Shown here piece by piece: positions 29,472 through 39,554 of a stretch of DNA of 64,000 nucleotides (the first letter of the stretch is position 1; the number at the start of each line of letters is the position of its first letter). This DNA is from an uncultured Desulfobacteraceae bacterium (GTDB lineage: Bacteria; Desulfobacterota; DSM-4660; Desulfatiglandales; Desulfatiglandaceae), in contig CAZPQA010000005.1 of the NCBI GenBank assembly GCA_964588535.1, forward strand, positions 5,177 to 69,176, read 5' to 3'. The translations under genes and the position numbers were made by a program. The notes beneath the pieces were generated by a model. That model made no database searches, was not told the DNA's origin, and was given only the letters and a program-made list of their open reading frames with translations.

Positions 29472-30275
29472 TTAAGGGATTTCCACTTCGGCGGGTGCAA
29501 TAATGGCCGGGTCCGGTGAACCGGAAAGGGTCGGCAGATCAAACTGTCCCACACGCCAGCCCCGGTGTTGCAGTGCTCCGGTAAAAGGCGGTTCTCCGGA
29601 GACGTTGCCCGTCAGCTTGATGGCGGAGGCATCAAATCCCTTTTCCACGGCAATCTCTTCACCTTCCTCCCTGTCGATGACCGCCTCGATTTTCAAGTAC
29701 TTCTTCAAAGCCTTCTGGCAGTTTTCCTGAATGTTGCGAACTGCGGCACCGATCTGAGCATCATCATAATCTTTAAGATTTTCCTCAAGAAAGTCCACCA
29801 GCCGGCCCTCTCTCTGAAGCAGGCTTAGCAAATGGAGGGTTCTTCGCTGGTTTTCCCGGGCCAACGCTTCTTTTTCTTCCAACGTGGGACGGGGCGGCAG
29901 GGTTTTCTTCACCTTTTTGGGGGCGGGTGTAACGGATTTGGGGACATCTATATTTGCCAAAGTCCGACGCGCGGAAGCGCGGAGTGTCAGCCAGAGAAGA
30001 ATGCCAAAAAGCACCAGGATTCCCCCAAGCACCTGAAGGAAGAGAATTCCGCTGTTTTGCAGCAGGGTCGCCAGTGTTTCCAGGTTTATCTGTTCCTGAA
30101 GGCTCTTATTTAAAATCCCCATCTGCCAGTATCCGAAACCGGCGAGAGCCAGCCCCATCAAGAGGAACCAGACGAATATCCAGAGGGATAGTTGGCCCGA
30201 AATTTTTTTGGCTGTTTCCATATTTGATTGTATCCTTTCTTTCTGGTATAAACCCGAATTGTTGTGAAGGGTCAT
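29472..30275 (-). CDS. DUF2760-like membrane protein (start may be 30221)
   Basis: Two TM segments, LLQREGRLVDFLEE, GALQHRGW and IIAPAEVE. Usual partner of these Hsp70s. Confidence 0.85.
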   Translation of the reverse strand: MTLHNNSGLYQKERIQSNMETAKKISGQLSLWIFVWFLLMGLALAGFGYWQMGILNKSLQEQINLETLATLLQNSGILFLQVLGGILVLFGILLWLTLRASARRTLANIDVPKSVTPAPKKVKKTLPPRPTLEEKEALARENQRRTLHLLSLLQREGRLVDFLEENLKDYDDAQIGAAVRNIQENCQKALKKYLKIEAVIDREEGEEIAVEKGFDASAIKLTGNVSGEPPFTGALQHRGWRVGQFDLPTLSGSPDPAIIAPAEVEIP

Positions 30276-30536
30276 AACATGCTGGAATTGCGAGCTAAGT
30301 GAGCCTTCAGCAAGGTCCAGGGAACGGGGCCGATGCTACTCCAGTTCGATTGAGAATGTCAAGGGTGGATATGCGGGCCGTCTAAGCCCTCAATATTTGT
30401 TAAAGCCTGTCAAATCTTTTGAATTTTCAGTTTGATCAATGAGGATTGGCTTCATATGCGACTTTGATTTGACATTTTTGATTGATTGTATGAAGCTGAC
30501 AGCAGGCTGGGAAGACAATAAAAGAAAGGTGTTTTC

Positions 30537-30764
30537 ATGAAACAAACGATTCTGGTTTTGATGATGATTGCAGTATTGGCGTTTGCGGGTTGTACGGGGA
30601 ATAATGCGGGCGAGCTTTTTGAAACCGCAGAATTTGAAGAATTACAGAAAAACCCCACCCATGCCGTCGAGCTGTATAAGGAAATCCTGGAAAAACATCC
30701 GGATAGCGAATATGCCCGGAAAGCCCGCGAGCGGTTGAAAGTACTGGAAAAGGCCCAATACTGA
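30537..30764 (+). CDS. Small TPR-like lipoprotein
   Basis: Signal peptide with lipobox FAGC, followed by YKEILEKHPDSEYA. Confidence 0.8.
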   Translation: MKQTILVLMMIAVLAFAGCTGNNAGELFETAEFEELQKNPTHAVELYKEILEKHPDSEYARKARERLKVLEKAQY

Positions 30765-30807
30765 TTGAGCTTTTTTTGGCAATTCACCGCAAAACAGGAG
30801 GTTCAAC

Positions 30808-31896
30808 ATTAAACCGATTATCCTTCACAATATTCTGGAAAGCATCCCGGTGGGTCTTCTGGTCATTGACCCGGGTGGAGAAATTGTCACCAGCAATGAT
30901 GCGGCATCTGAGATCCTGGGTTATGCCTGCCGCATGTTCGAAGGCAAGGGGTGGGGCGATCTGTTTCTGGAGGATTCAAGAAATCAGGCCTTTAATCAAA
31001 TCATCCTGGATGTGATAGAGGAGAAAAAGGTCAATCTCCATCGCAGGGTCCCCTATGTTCAACCGGGCGGCAAGACGCTTCAATTATCCATCACGGGGTC
31101 TCTTCTCAGGGAGAATGAACAGATCGCCGGTATCGTCCTGATTCTTCATGACGTAACGGAACTTCAATTGCTCCATGACCGGGAAAAGCAGGTCTTGAGG
31201 GAAAAACACCGCCTGGAGCGCGAGCGGGCGGAAGGGCTGACCCGGCTGGCCATGGCCATCGCCCACCAGATACGCAATCCCGTCATGAGTATCGGTGGTT
31301 TTGCCATACGGATTCTCAATAAAATTGATGGAAAGTCACCAATCGTTGCCTACTTGAAAAATATTTTGAGCGATGCCAGGCGACTCGAGGCCATTGTAAA
31401 AGTTGTGAGCGAATACACCCGGATTCCGATGGTCAAACCGATCAAGGTCCCTCTTTCAGATATTATTGAAAAGGAAATAGCCCGACTTCAGGTAAAAGCG
31501 GCCGAACTTTCAAAGCGTGTCACGTGGTCTTTAGAACTTTCAGTAGTGGAGTTCGCGGTTGACCCGGTGCTTTTCAGAAGAGCGGTTTACGAGGTCCTGC
31601 TCAATGCGGTGGAATTTCTTGAAAGTAATGAAGGGTCAGTGACGATTTTCCTATCGGAGGAGCAAAACGGCTTGTTAATGGAGATTGTAGACGACGGCGT
31701 CGGTATCTTGGAAAAAGATATGCCCTATGTCTTTGATCCGTTTTTTACCACCAAAGCGGTTGGCGTGGGTATGGGGCTGTGCCTCGTGAGGCGCATTATC
31801 GGTGAGCATGGCGGGGATGTACGAATCGACAGTGAGCCTGGAAAGGGTACCAAAGTCATCATGAGATTTCCCGATCAGGTACCGGAGCCGAATTAA
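30808..31896 (+). CDS. PAS sensor histidine kinase (start uncertain: ATT 30808 or GTG 30850)
   Basis: H-box AHQIRNP and FFTTKAVGVGMGL. AGGAGG SD precedes an in-frame ATT. Confidence 0.85.
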   Translation: MKPIILHNILESIPVGLLVIDPGGEIVTSNDAASEILGYACRMFEGKGWGDLFLEDSRNQAFNQIILDVIEEKKVNLHRRVPYVQPGGKTLQLSITGSLLRENEQIAGIVLILHDVTELQLLHDREKQVLREKHRLERERAEGLTRLAMAIAHQIRNPVMSIGGFAIRILNKIDGKSPIVAYLKNILSDARRLEAIVKVVSEYTRIPMVKPIKVPLSDIIEKEIARLQVKAAELSKRVTWSLELSVVEFAVDPVLFRRAVYEVLLNAVEFLESNEGSVTIFLSEEQNGLLMEIVDDGVGILEKDMPYVFDPFFTTKAVGVGMGLCLVRRIIGEHGGDVRIDSEPGKGTKVIMRFPDQVPEPN

Positions 31897-31905
31897 GGAA
31901 AACAC

Positions 31906-32781
31906 ATGAAAGTTCTGATTACGGGCGGTGACGGGCAGTTGGGGCGGGATTGCACGACGGTTCTGGAGAAAAGCCACCAAGTAATCCCAGTGGATTTAGA
32001 GGTCTTGGATATCGTTGACCGGATGGCCGTGAACGCGTTTGTTCACGATTTGAAACCGGATGTAATCCTGAACTGTGCGGCATTCACCCGGGTGGATGAC
32101 TGCGAAACCGAAAAGGAACTGGCTTGCAAGGTCAATGTGGAAGGGCCGAAGCATCTGGCTTCAGCGGCCGGGGCACGAGGGGCACGGATGATCCATATTT
32201 CCACGGACTATGTGTTTGATGGGAAAAAGCCGGTCCCAGAATGTTACACCGAAAACGATAACACCCAACCCATTTCCAATTATGGCCTCACGAAGCTGGA
32301 AGCGGAGAAAGCTGTTTGCGAGGAAACAGACCGTCACAGCATCATTAGAACGGCATGGCTTTATGGGGCAAATGGACAGAACTTCCTGAAGACCATGTTG
32401 AGGCTGGCGCTCGGTGATCCGGAAAGAGAGATCAAGGTGGTTCATGACCAGTTCGGTTCTCCCACGTGGTCTTATCGCCTGGCGGAGCAGATTGCAATCG
32501 TTATGGATGCTGATGTTAACGGGCTATTTCACGCCACATCGGAAGGGCATTGCACCTGGTACGAACTGGCCACCACGTTTTTGGGTGAAATGGAGGTCTC
32601 AAACGCTTTTGTCCCCTGTACCACCCGTGACTATCCCACCCCCGCGGAAAGGCCGGCCAACTCGATCCTGGAAAATCAACGGTTGAAGGATGAAGGCCTC
32701 AACATCATGCGGCATTGGCGGGCCGATCTGATTCAATTTGTCACCCTGTTCAAGGATCGTTTGATAGAAGAGGTGAAATGA
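31906..32781 (+). CDS. rfbD: dTDP-4-dehydrorhamnose reductase
   Basis: ITGGDGQLG, HISTDYVFDG, YGLTK and DQFGSPT. Confidence 0.95.
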   Translation: MKVLITGGDGQLGRDCTTVLEKSHQVIPVDLEVLDIVDRMAVNAFVHDLKPDVILNCAAFTRVDDCETEKELACKVNVEGPKHLASAAGARGARMIHISTDYVFDGKKPVPECYTENDNTQPISNYGLTKLEAEKAVCEETDRHSIIRTAWLYGANGQNFLKTMLRLALGDPEREIKVVHDQFGSPTWSYRLAEQIAIVMDADVNGLFHATSEGHCTWYELATTFLGEMEVSNAFVPCTTRDYPTPAERPANSILENQRLKDEGLNIMRHWRADLIQFVTLFKDRLIEEVK

Positions 32782-33833
32782 TGGAGAATATGCTGGTAAC
32801 CGGCGGATGTGGTTTTATTGGGAGCAATTTTATCCGTTATCTTCTGGGTGAAAGCGATTTTGAGGGACGGGTCATCAACTTGGATAGCCTGACCTATGCG
32901 GGAAACCCGGAGAATCTTACGGAGATTGAAGAAAAGTACGGTGATCGTTACGTTTTTGTTAAAGGGGATATCTGTGACAGGGAACGAATGGATGGGCTTT
33001 TTGATGAATACCATCTGGATTCGGTCTGCCATTTTGCCGCCGAATCCCACGTGGACCGATCCATTGTGGGGCCCGGCGCTTTCATCCAGACCAACATCGT
33101 AGGGACCTTTAATCTGCTGGAAGCGTCCCGCAGCCACCAGGCGCAGGTTGAATTGTTTCACCATATCAGCACCGACGAGGTGTTTGGAAGCCTCGGGAAA
33201 GAAGGGTCGTTTATGGAAACCACGCCATACCAGCCCAACAGCCCGTATTCCGCTTCAAAGGCCTCTTCCGATCACCTGGTTCGGGCCTATCACGAAACCT
33301 ACGGCCTGCCCGTCACCATCAGCAACTGTTCCAATAACTATGGGCCCTACCAGTTTCCCGAAAAGCTGATTCCCCTTGTGATTCTAAATGCCATGGAAGA
33401 TAAACCCCTTCCCATATATGGAGACGGCCTGAATGTTCGGGACTGGCTCTACGTTCTGGACCACTGCACGGCTGTGTGGACCATTATGAAAAGCGGGGGG
33501 AGGGGGGAGACCTATAATATCGGCGGCAACCACGAGATGGAAAACATCCGCATTGTGGAGACCATCTGCGATCTGATCGATGATCTTCCCGCCATGAAAG
33601 GCAAGCCCTCCAGGCGGACGTTGATCACCTATGTGAAGGACCGGCCCGGACATGACCGACGGTATGCCATTGATTCCAGCAAATTGCAAAGGGACCTAGG
33701 ATGGACTCCGGAGGAGTCTTTTCAATCGGGAATCGAGAAAACCCTTGCATGGTATCTGGCGCACCCGTCTTGGATCGAGCGCGTCAGGAGCGGGGCCTAT
33801 CAGGAGTGGATTCGCGAACACTATGAGGCTTAA
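32778..33833 (+). CDS. rfbB: dTDP-glucose 4,6-dehydratase
   Basis: TGGCGFIGSNF, AAESHVDRS, STDEV, PYSASK and DRPGHDRRY. Confidence 0.97.
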   Translation: MMENMLVTGGCGFIGSNFIRYLLGESDFEGRVINLDSLTYAGNPENLTEIEEKYGDRYVFVKGDICDRERMDGLFDEYHLDSVCHFAAESHVDRSIVGPGAFIQTNIVGTFNLLEASRSHQAQVELFHHISTDEVFGSLGKEGSFMETTPYQPNSPYSASKASSDHLVRAYHETYGLPVTISNCSNNYGPYQFPEKLIPLVILNAMEDKPLPIYGDGLNVRDWLYVLDHCTAVWTIMKSGGRGETYNIGGNHEMENIRIVETICDLIDDLPAMKGKPSRRTLITYVKDRPGHDRRYAIDSSKLQRDLGWTPEESFQSGIEKTLAWYLAHPSWIERVRSGAYQEWIREHYEA

Positions 33834-33898
33834 AAGTTTGGTATTGTGTCCCCGTAGTGGATACGAGCCGGGTTCCCGGTCGAGAGTGAAACAAATGA

Positions 33899-34768
33899 TT
33901 ATAGATTTTTCCTGCTATCTCTCTCATTAAAAATAGAGTCACAAACCGCACTAAACTCCGATTGCCATGGATGAGGCATAGCTCCTTCTGTTTCAGCTTT
34001 ATTTTTTCTGGCTACAATACGTACAAAACCTATGTATTGCCCAGCATCTTTTAAAAGTGTTTCTTCAACTGATGGAAAAATATTGAATCCTGCAAGATCC
34101 AAAGCTTTCTCCTGTTTTGCCCAGTGTTTATAGCCATCTTCCAAGGTGTCATTGGTTTCTACTTCCACCAGAGTTGTCTTCATCCAGTGACTTAACCACC
34201 AGTCCTTCGTGTGGAAAGTAAAGCAGTCAGGTTCCCAGAAAACATTGCCGTTTTTCTGAGGTTTAAGCAGATGCTCGGGAACTTTAAAATTGTCAAAGTC
34301 CTGCATCAAACCCGGTAAAGCTGCCGCTATGATTCCTCCCGGCTTTAGAAAGCTGGTGATATAAGACAGATATAGATCATCAGTTCCGAAATACCCATAG
34401 GAATCCACCGCAACGATTACATCGAAAAAGTTTTTGGCAAAGGGCAGGGCATGAGCCTCAGCTTTTATAGGAATAATTTTATCTTCCAGGCCAAATTCTA
34501 CAATGCGCTTCTGGTTTTCACTGACGTCTATCCAAAGGTCTGTTGCATATACCGTGGCCCCAAATTCTTTAGCCAGAAAAATAGAACTCATGGCGCGGCC
34601 GCAACCAAGGTCTAAAACCTTCATGTGTTCTTTTATCTCGATTTTTTCTGTGAGCCATTCCATAAGCCAGAGAGAGTTTGGTCCCATCTGATTTTTAGCA
34701 ACAAATTCCGGACTATAGTTGTTTGATTTAGGAAATCGACCATTGTACATCATAGTTTTCCAATCCAT
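33899..34768 (-). CDS. Class I SAM-dependent methyltransferase (probable integron cassette gene)
   Basis: VLDLGCGRA motif I; visibly AT-rich; starts about 20 bp after an attC core site. Confidence 0.88.
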   Translation of the reverse strand: MDWKTMMYNGRFPKSNNYSPEFVAKNQMGPNSLWLMEWLTEKIEIKEHMKVLDLGCGRAMSSIFLAKEFGATVYATDLWIDVSENQKRIVEFGLEDKIIPIKAEAHALPFAKNFFDVIVAVDSYGYFGTDDLYLSYITSFLKPGGIIAAALPGLMQDFDNFKVPEHLLKPQKNGNVFWEPDCFTFHTKDWWLSHWMKTTLVEVETNDTLEDGYKHWAKQEKALDLAGFNIFPSVEETLLKDAGQYIGFVRIVARKNKAETEGAMPHPWQSEFSAVCDSIFNERDSRKNL

Positions 34769-34790
34769 TATTATATCCTTTTAAAAATTT

Positions 34791-34876
34791 GTATAACGAC
34801 AAGCTCACCGGCCCCTGCACCTTACATCGCATTTACCCCGTCGCGTCCAGGGGTCCGGTGGAGCGTTTGGTTGGGC
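34791..34876 (-). mobile_element. Integron attC site (86 bp)
   Basis: Minus strand reads GCCCAAC-CAAACGCTCCACCGG...CCGGTGAGCTTGTC-GTTATAC, with R''/L''/L'/R' boxes and an extrahelical base. Confidence 0.85.
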
Positions 34877-34885
34877 GACTTTTCT

Positions 34886-35299
34886 TTAGACCAAACTTAT
34901 AAATTCCTGTGGGGTCAGGATGGCTATTCTACGGAATGGATTGAGAACCAATAAATCGCTGTCACCGCTGACTATGCAGGCGGCATTAGCGCTTACTGCC
35001 AGTTCGAGGAACCTATCGTCCTTGGGATCACAGCATTCTGCCACTCTTTCTGTGATGTCCACGATTTTGGCGTCACGAATGAAAGCTGCTAAGAACAAGA
35101 GTCGTTCCTCTTCTCGCAGGTAGCGATTGAATTTGGGACGACGAAGCACTTCATCCAATTCGCTGATGGTATCAGCAGATGCCAGAACAATCCCGTGGGC
35201 AAATGCAAAATCCACCGCTTGCCGTGGAACTGATCCTGGCAATAGGACCGCGCTGACAAGAACACCGGTATCCAAGACGAAACGAGGATCACTCGTCAT
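34886..35299 (-). CDS. PIN-domain toxin
   Basis: FVLDTGVLVSA, CDPKDDRFLELA and IVSGDSDLL. Confidence 0.9.
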   Translation of the reverse strand: MTSDPRFVLDTGVLVSAVLLPGSVPRQAVDFAFAHGIVLASADTISELDEVLRRPKFNRYLREEERLLFLAAFIRDAKIVDITERVAECCDPKDDRFLELAVSANAACIVSGDSDLLVLNPFRRIAILTPQEFISLV

Positions 35300-35519
35300 G
35301 GAGAAGATCGCTCATGATGTCAGGGGTTAAGCCTCGTGCCTTGGCCTTGGCTCCGATGTCGTCCATAATTTCAGCAAGTGAACGTGTCGGCAGTTCAGCC
35401 AATTCGCGCAGCCGCAATTGGAGAAGAACTTGAATCTTCTTTCGGTAATCCGGTGATGCCGTATGATATGCACGTGCAGTCTCGCCATCAACGGGGATTG
35501 AAATGGCAACCTTTGTCAT
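35289..35519 (-). CDS. Putative antitoxin of the PIN toxin
   Basis: 76-aa ORF overlapping the toxin start; contains AKARGLTPDI. Confidence 0.75.
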   Translation of the reverse strand: MTKVAISIPVDGETARAYHTASPDYRKKIQVLLQLRLRELAELPTRSLAEIMDDIGAKAKARGLTPDIMSDLLHDE

Positions 35520-35622
35520 TGTGTATCCCTTCTATCTGTTTCCCGAATTCCAGATTGTTTTCTCATTATAGCTCAGAACATTAGTGAAGTATAGGACTCT
35601 TTGGCTCTCGTACTAGGGACCA

Positions 35623-35708
35623 GCCCAACGATAAGCTCACCAGTGCCTCCTCCGGCTCCCGCCAGGACCGCAGGACTGTCAGGCGTCTGGTGAAGCGTTT
35701 GGTTCGCG
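35623..35708 (-). mobile_element. Integron attC site (86 bp)
   Basis: Minus strand reads CGCGAAC-CAAACGCTTCACCAG...CTGGTGAGCTTATC-GTTGGGC; arms match the 34791 site. Confidence 0.82.
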
Positions 35709-35782
35709 ATTCCATGGGCTAATTTGAATAAACGTGGTCTGTCCCCTATTACTCCCGATCAGGTGAACTGACGGGTTCTGCC

Positions 35783-36103
35783 TTAAAGATCCAGCTGGAT
35801 TGCGATAGCTCGGCCTATACCTTCCATCTCAGTGGAGGAAATCGATCCAGCCGGATTGATTAGCCGCATTTTGCTCACCGTTGTAAGCTGATCGGCCATA
35901 GCTTTGGCCTTTTTTCCACGAAAAGTCACATATGTTTCGCTTGGGTAAAGTTTGTTAGCGCTACTGGTCAGGGGCACGACTTGGACTCTATTAAGGAACT
36001 GGTTAGCAGCATCATTGCTTACGATGACCGCCGGTCGCTGCTTTCGGATTTCACCACCGATGGAAGGGTCAAAATTTATCCACCACACATCACCTCTCTT
36101 CAT
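35783..36103 (-). CDS. mazF: MazF/PemK toxin
   Basis: [31 protein letters not shown] and VVPLTS. Confidence 0.93.
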   Translation of the reverse strand: MKRGDVWWINFDPSIGGEIRKQRPAVIVSNDAANQFLNRVQVVPLTSSANKLYPSETYVTFRGKKAKAMADQLTTVSKMRLINPAGSISSTEMEGIGRAIAIQLDL

Positions 36104-36320
36104 TATTTACATCTCCAAATGTGCCTTCGGCCCACTCAAGGGCCTCGGATTCCCGGACCTGATCAGCAGACATCTCTTTATATGCAGCATATATATCATT
36201 CTTGACAACATGCGGGCGAACTAACTCTTGGATAAAACGACTGATTTTTCGTGGCCCTATGACTGCCCGCAAGCCATTATAGACCTCCTCGTCGATGGTC
36301 AATGTAAGTTTCCTTTGCAT
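36090..36320 (-). CDS. Antitoxin for MazF
   Basis: [14 protein letters not shown] (RHH-like) and [18 protein letters not shown]; GGAGG SD. Confidence 0.8.
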   Translation of the reverse strand: MQRKLTLTIDEEVYNGLRAVIGPRKISRFIQELVRPHVVKNDIYAAYKEMSADQVRESEALEWAEGTFGDVNNEER

Positions 36321-36339
36321 CACAAACACCTCCTCGAAA

Positions 36340-36377
36340 ATTACACGTATAGTACACGTGTAATGGTTATATGTCAA
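36340..36377 (-). promoter_or_regulatory. Sigma70 promoter with overlapping palindromic operator of the mazF module
   Basis: TTGACA-N17-TACTAT on the minus strand; ATTACACGT-N7-ACGTGTAAT spans the -10 element. Confidence 0.75.
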
Positions 36378-36577
36378 GGTCCATATGAAAGAATATCTTG
36401 GTATAATTCCAGCTGCCGGTAAGTTCCCTGACTTATGATGCCTTCCGGTTTTTTCAACCGTTTGAGCGTCATGCCACAGAATTACTTCGTCAAATTCCCT
36501 GGCGGCCATCTTACAGTTTCATCAATAGCCCCTCAGAAGCATTTTCTCGTTTTCATAGACGACACGTCAAGTCGGCA

Positions 36578-37621
36578 TCAGCCGATCGTATATCGGGTAC
36601 CTTTACCCCGCCCTTGACTGAGCAAGCACCGTCCTTTAACCAGTTCACGCAGTTTGACCTTTATTGTATTCCTGTTCGCTTTGGTAATGGATTCAATCTC
36701 TGATATGGATAGTTCTCCATGATCCTTTACCAGTTCGAGAATTTGCCTTGATAACTTTGGCAGCTTTATAATGTTCTTTTCCCTTTCAATCTTACGGGCC
36801 AACATCTCCTTTTGAGTGTCAAGGGCATTTAAAAAAAATAAAATCCAGGGGCCATATTCAGGACGGTCGGATTCAAATGTGCCTTGGGTCCTTCTCAAAG
36901 CCAGATAATAGTTGTCCTTATTCCTTTCAATAACACTTTCCAGTGAACTGTAAGGAACATACTGATATCCCTTTTTAAGAAGCAACAAGGTTGTCAGTAT
37001 CCTCGACAGCCTTCCATTGCCGTCCTGGAAAGGATGTATCGCCAGAAAATGGACCGTAAATATTGATAGGGTCAAAAGGGGATGGAGTTCTTTTTCATTT
37101 AACTGCACGTCGCTCCATTCCATTAATTCTCTCATATCTTCCGGCGTATTGAAGGGTGATGAAGTTTCAAAAACAACCCCAAGGCTTTTACCGTCATGGT
37201 CAAAAGCTTCCACGTGATTGGGCATTTTTTTATATTCACCCCGGTGACGGATGTCCTTTGCACTGTATTTAAGAAGCATCTTATGCAATTGCTTGATATG
37301 ATTTTCCGTAAAAGGTATTTCTTCAAAAGATTCAAACACCGTGTTCATCACATCCGAATATCCTGCAACTTCCTGTTCATCCCTGGATTCAAAGGACTTT
37401 TTATCAAGCCCGGATAATAATCGTTCTATTTCCTGATCTGTAAGTTTTACGCCCTCTATACGGGTGGATGAACCGATGGATTCTATTGTTGCAACACGTT
37501 TCAGTGCATCAAGACGTTCCGGCGCCAGGTTCCCAATGGCTTTCCATTCCCCTTTAAACTCATCGATCCCCGCGATCAGGTTCAACATCTTTTTGGTTAT
37601 CTTTACAGAAGGATTTAACAT
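36578..37621 (-). CDS. Fic-family protein with C-terminal HTH
   Basis: HPFQDGNGRLSR catalytic motif and SSTRIEG inhibitory-type motif. Confidence 0.93.
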   Translation of the reverse strand: MLNPSVKITKKMLNLIAGIDEFKGEWKAIGNLAPERLDALKRVATIESIGSSTRIEGVKLTDQEIERLLSGLDKKSFESRDEQEVAGYSDVMNTVFESFEEIPFTENHIKQLHKMLLKYSAKDIRHRGEYKKMPNHVEAFDHDGKSLGVVFETSSPFNTPEDMRELMEWSDVQLNEKELHPLLTLSIFTVHFLAIHPFQDGNGRLSRILTTLLLLKKGYQYVPYSSLESVIERNKDNYYLALRRTQGTFESDRPEYGPWILFFLNALDTQKEMLARKIEREKNIIKLPKLSRQILELVKDHGELSISEIESITKANRNTIKVKLRELVKGRCLLSQGRGKGTRYTIG

Positions 37622-37894
37622 CGCACGCCCCTTAATATATAGCCATAAACATACCCATATTTACCCATAAACTTTTAAAAGTCAAGATCCCCCACAAAAA
37701 TACCCGCAAATACCCGTAAAGATTTCCCCTCATATCCTCCATTATAGGGGGTTGCGCTTTTCTCTAGAAAGCTCTAATCTCCAAGAGGTACCACAAATAT
37801 ATCATGGAGAATTCCGGGGACAATACTGACAACGGGTGCCGCCACGACATTTTTTCAATAGTATTTCGGTGTGATCTATGAGATCAGGTAAAAG

Positions 37895-38635
37895 ATGGTA
37901 CTGAATATGGGCGTATCTGAAGCGCTGAAATTGTCCATGGATTGGGTTGATCTCTGGTGGGAAGATATTGACAGTCAAATTAAAAGGGTCCCTGAGTTCT
38001 GGATTGCTTTGCCGGAAGATGAACGAAAACGGGCCGAGAGATTTCGGTTTGACCGTCACCGGGAGCGATTCATTGTTCAACGGGGCAGGCTCCGGGAAAT
38101 TCTGAGCGGTTATTCAAATGGGCTTCCGAACGCAATTCGATTCTGTAAAGGCCCGGGTGGGAAACCGGCCGTTAATGGGGTCAATCCCGAGATTCGTTTC
38201 AATCTCTCTCACTGCGGTGGGCATGCGCTTTATGCTGTTGCATGCGGCAGGGAAGTGGGGGTTGATGTTGAAGTAGTTCGGCCGAAACCGAAAGCCGCCG
38301 CACTGGTGGATCGGTTCTTTTCAGTCAACGAAAAGGCCGCTTTTCAAAGATTTCAACCCCACGAAGAAGCGGCGGCTTTTTTTGCCGGTTGGACGCGCAA
38401 GGAGGCTTATGTGAAGGCCGTGGGAAAGGGTTTGCGGTTTCCCCTGGATCAGTTCGATGTTTCCCTGAAGCCCGGGGATCAAAATGCCCTGCTTCGCGTG
38501 GAAGGTGCACCAGAAGAAGCGAAACGCTGGTCATTGCGGGATATCGACCTGGGTCCGGGCTTTCGGGCGGCGTTGGCGGTGGAGATGATTAACACAAATG
38601 CAGCAGAGGATATTTCAGTTCGCTTCAGGCGTTAA
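37895..38635 (+). CDS. Sfp-type 4'-phosphopantetheinyl transferase
   Basis: FNLSHC, VGVDVE and WTRKEAYVKAVGKG. Confidence 0.92.
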   Translation: MVLNMGVSEALKLSMDWVDLWWEDIDSQIKRVPEFWIALPEDERKRAERFRFDRHRERFIVQRGRLREILSGYSNGLPNAIRFCKGPGGKPAVNGVNPEIRFNLSHCGGHALYAVACGREVGVDVEVVRPKPKAAALVDRFFSVNEKAAFQRFQPHEEAAAFFAGWTRKEAYVKAVGKGLRFPLDQFDVSLKPGDQNALLRVEGAPEEAKRWSLRDIDLGPGFRAALAVEMINTNAAEDISVRFRR

Positions 38636-38667
38636 GGTTTTCTATAAGGATGCTCATGGGTTTTGGC

Positions 38668-39426
38668 TTATTGAAATAACCCATATTTCACAATGGCGTA
38701 AACGGCTTTGAAACCATCCTTCCAGCCGATTTTCTTTCCTTCTTCGTAACTCCTGCCGTAATAGGAGATGCCGACCTCGTAGATGCGGCATTTTTTTCTG
38801 GCGATTTTAGCAGTCAATTCGGGTTCGATGCCGAAGCGGTTCTGTTCGAGGGTAATATTCTTAATGATGTCGGTCCTGAAAGCTTTGTAACAGGTTTCCA
38901 TATCCGTCAGGTTCAGGTTCGTGAACATGTTGGAAAAAAGTGTGAGCATGCGGTTGCCCACGTAATGCCAGAACATGTGAACCCTGTGGGGACCGTCTCC
39001 CATGAACCGGGAACCATAAACCACATCGGCCCGCCCATCCAGAATGGGTCCCAGCAGCTTGGGGTACTCCATGGGGTCATATTCGAGATCAGCATCCTGA
39101 ATCAGCACGATGTCGCCGGTGACATGGTGAAGGCCGGATCTTATGGCCGCACCCTTGCCCATATTCCCGTCATGATAAACGGTTTTGGCCACTTCTTTTT
39201 CCAGCGTTTCCCGGATCAGTTCCGTTGTACCGTCACTGGAAGCGTCATCCACCAGGATAATTTCCTTATCTTCCACGGGGGATGCCATTACGCGTTGAAG
39301 TAGTGCGGGAATATGCGCTTTTTCATTATAGCAGGGGATGATAATGGATAGTTTCAAGAGATTGTCTCCGAATAAGGCCTTCATTTCAAACGCCAGGTGA
39401 TCAAGCTTGTGATTATTTTTGCGCAT
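38668..39426 (-). CDS. GT2 glycosyltransferase (DPM1-like; true start probably slightly downstream)
   Basis: [23 protein letters not shown] and DMETCYK. Confidence 0.92.
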   Translation of the reverse strand: MRKNNHKLDHLAFEMKALFGDNLLKLSIIIPCYNEKAHIPALLQRVMASPVEDKEIILVDDASSDGTTELIRETLEKEVAKTVYHDGNMGKGAAIRSGLHHVTGDIVLIQDADLEYDPMEYPKLLGPILDGRADVVYGSRFMGDGPHRVHMFWHYVGNRMLTLFSNMFTNLNLTDMETCYKAFRTDIIKNITLEQNRFGIEPELTAKIARKKCRIYEVGISYYGRSYEEGKKIGWKDGFKAVYAIVKYGLFQ

Positions 39427-39554
39427 TTAAGGCGTAAAGGCAAGCTGAACGTGGCAATCAATTTTTTGGCCTTGACGGGTGCGTTCTGAAATTCAATAAT
39501 GCTCTCTGAATTTTGAGAAAATATTGCTGATTTTTATCAAAAACTTATGGAGGT

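Noticed and set aside
35730-35750. GGGGAC-containing motifs at islet edges (also near 33845 and 43880) as ends of a mobile element
   Set aside because: They are too short and variable to support without a genome-wide count.
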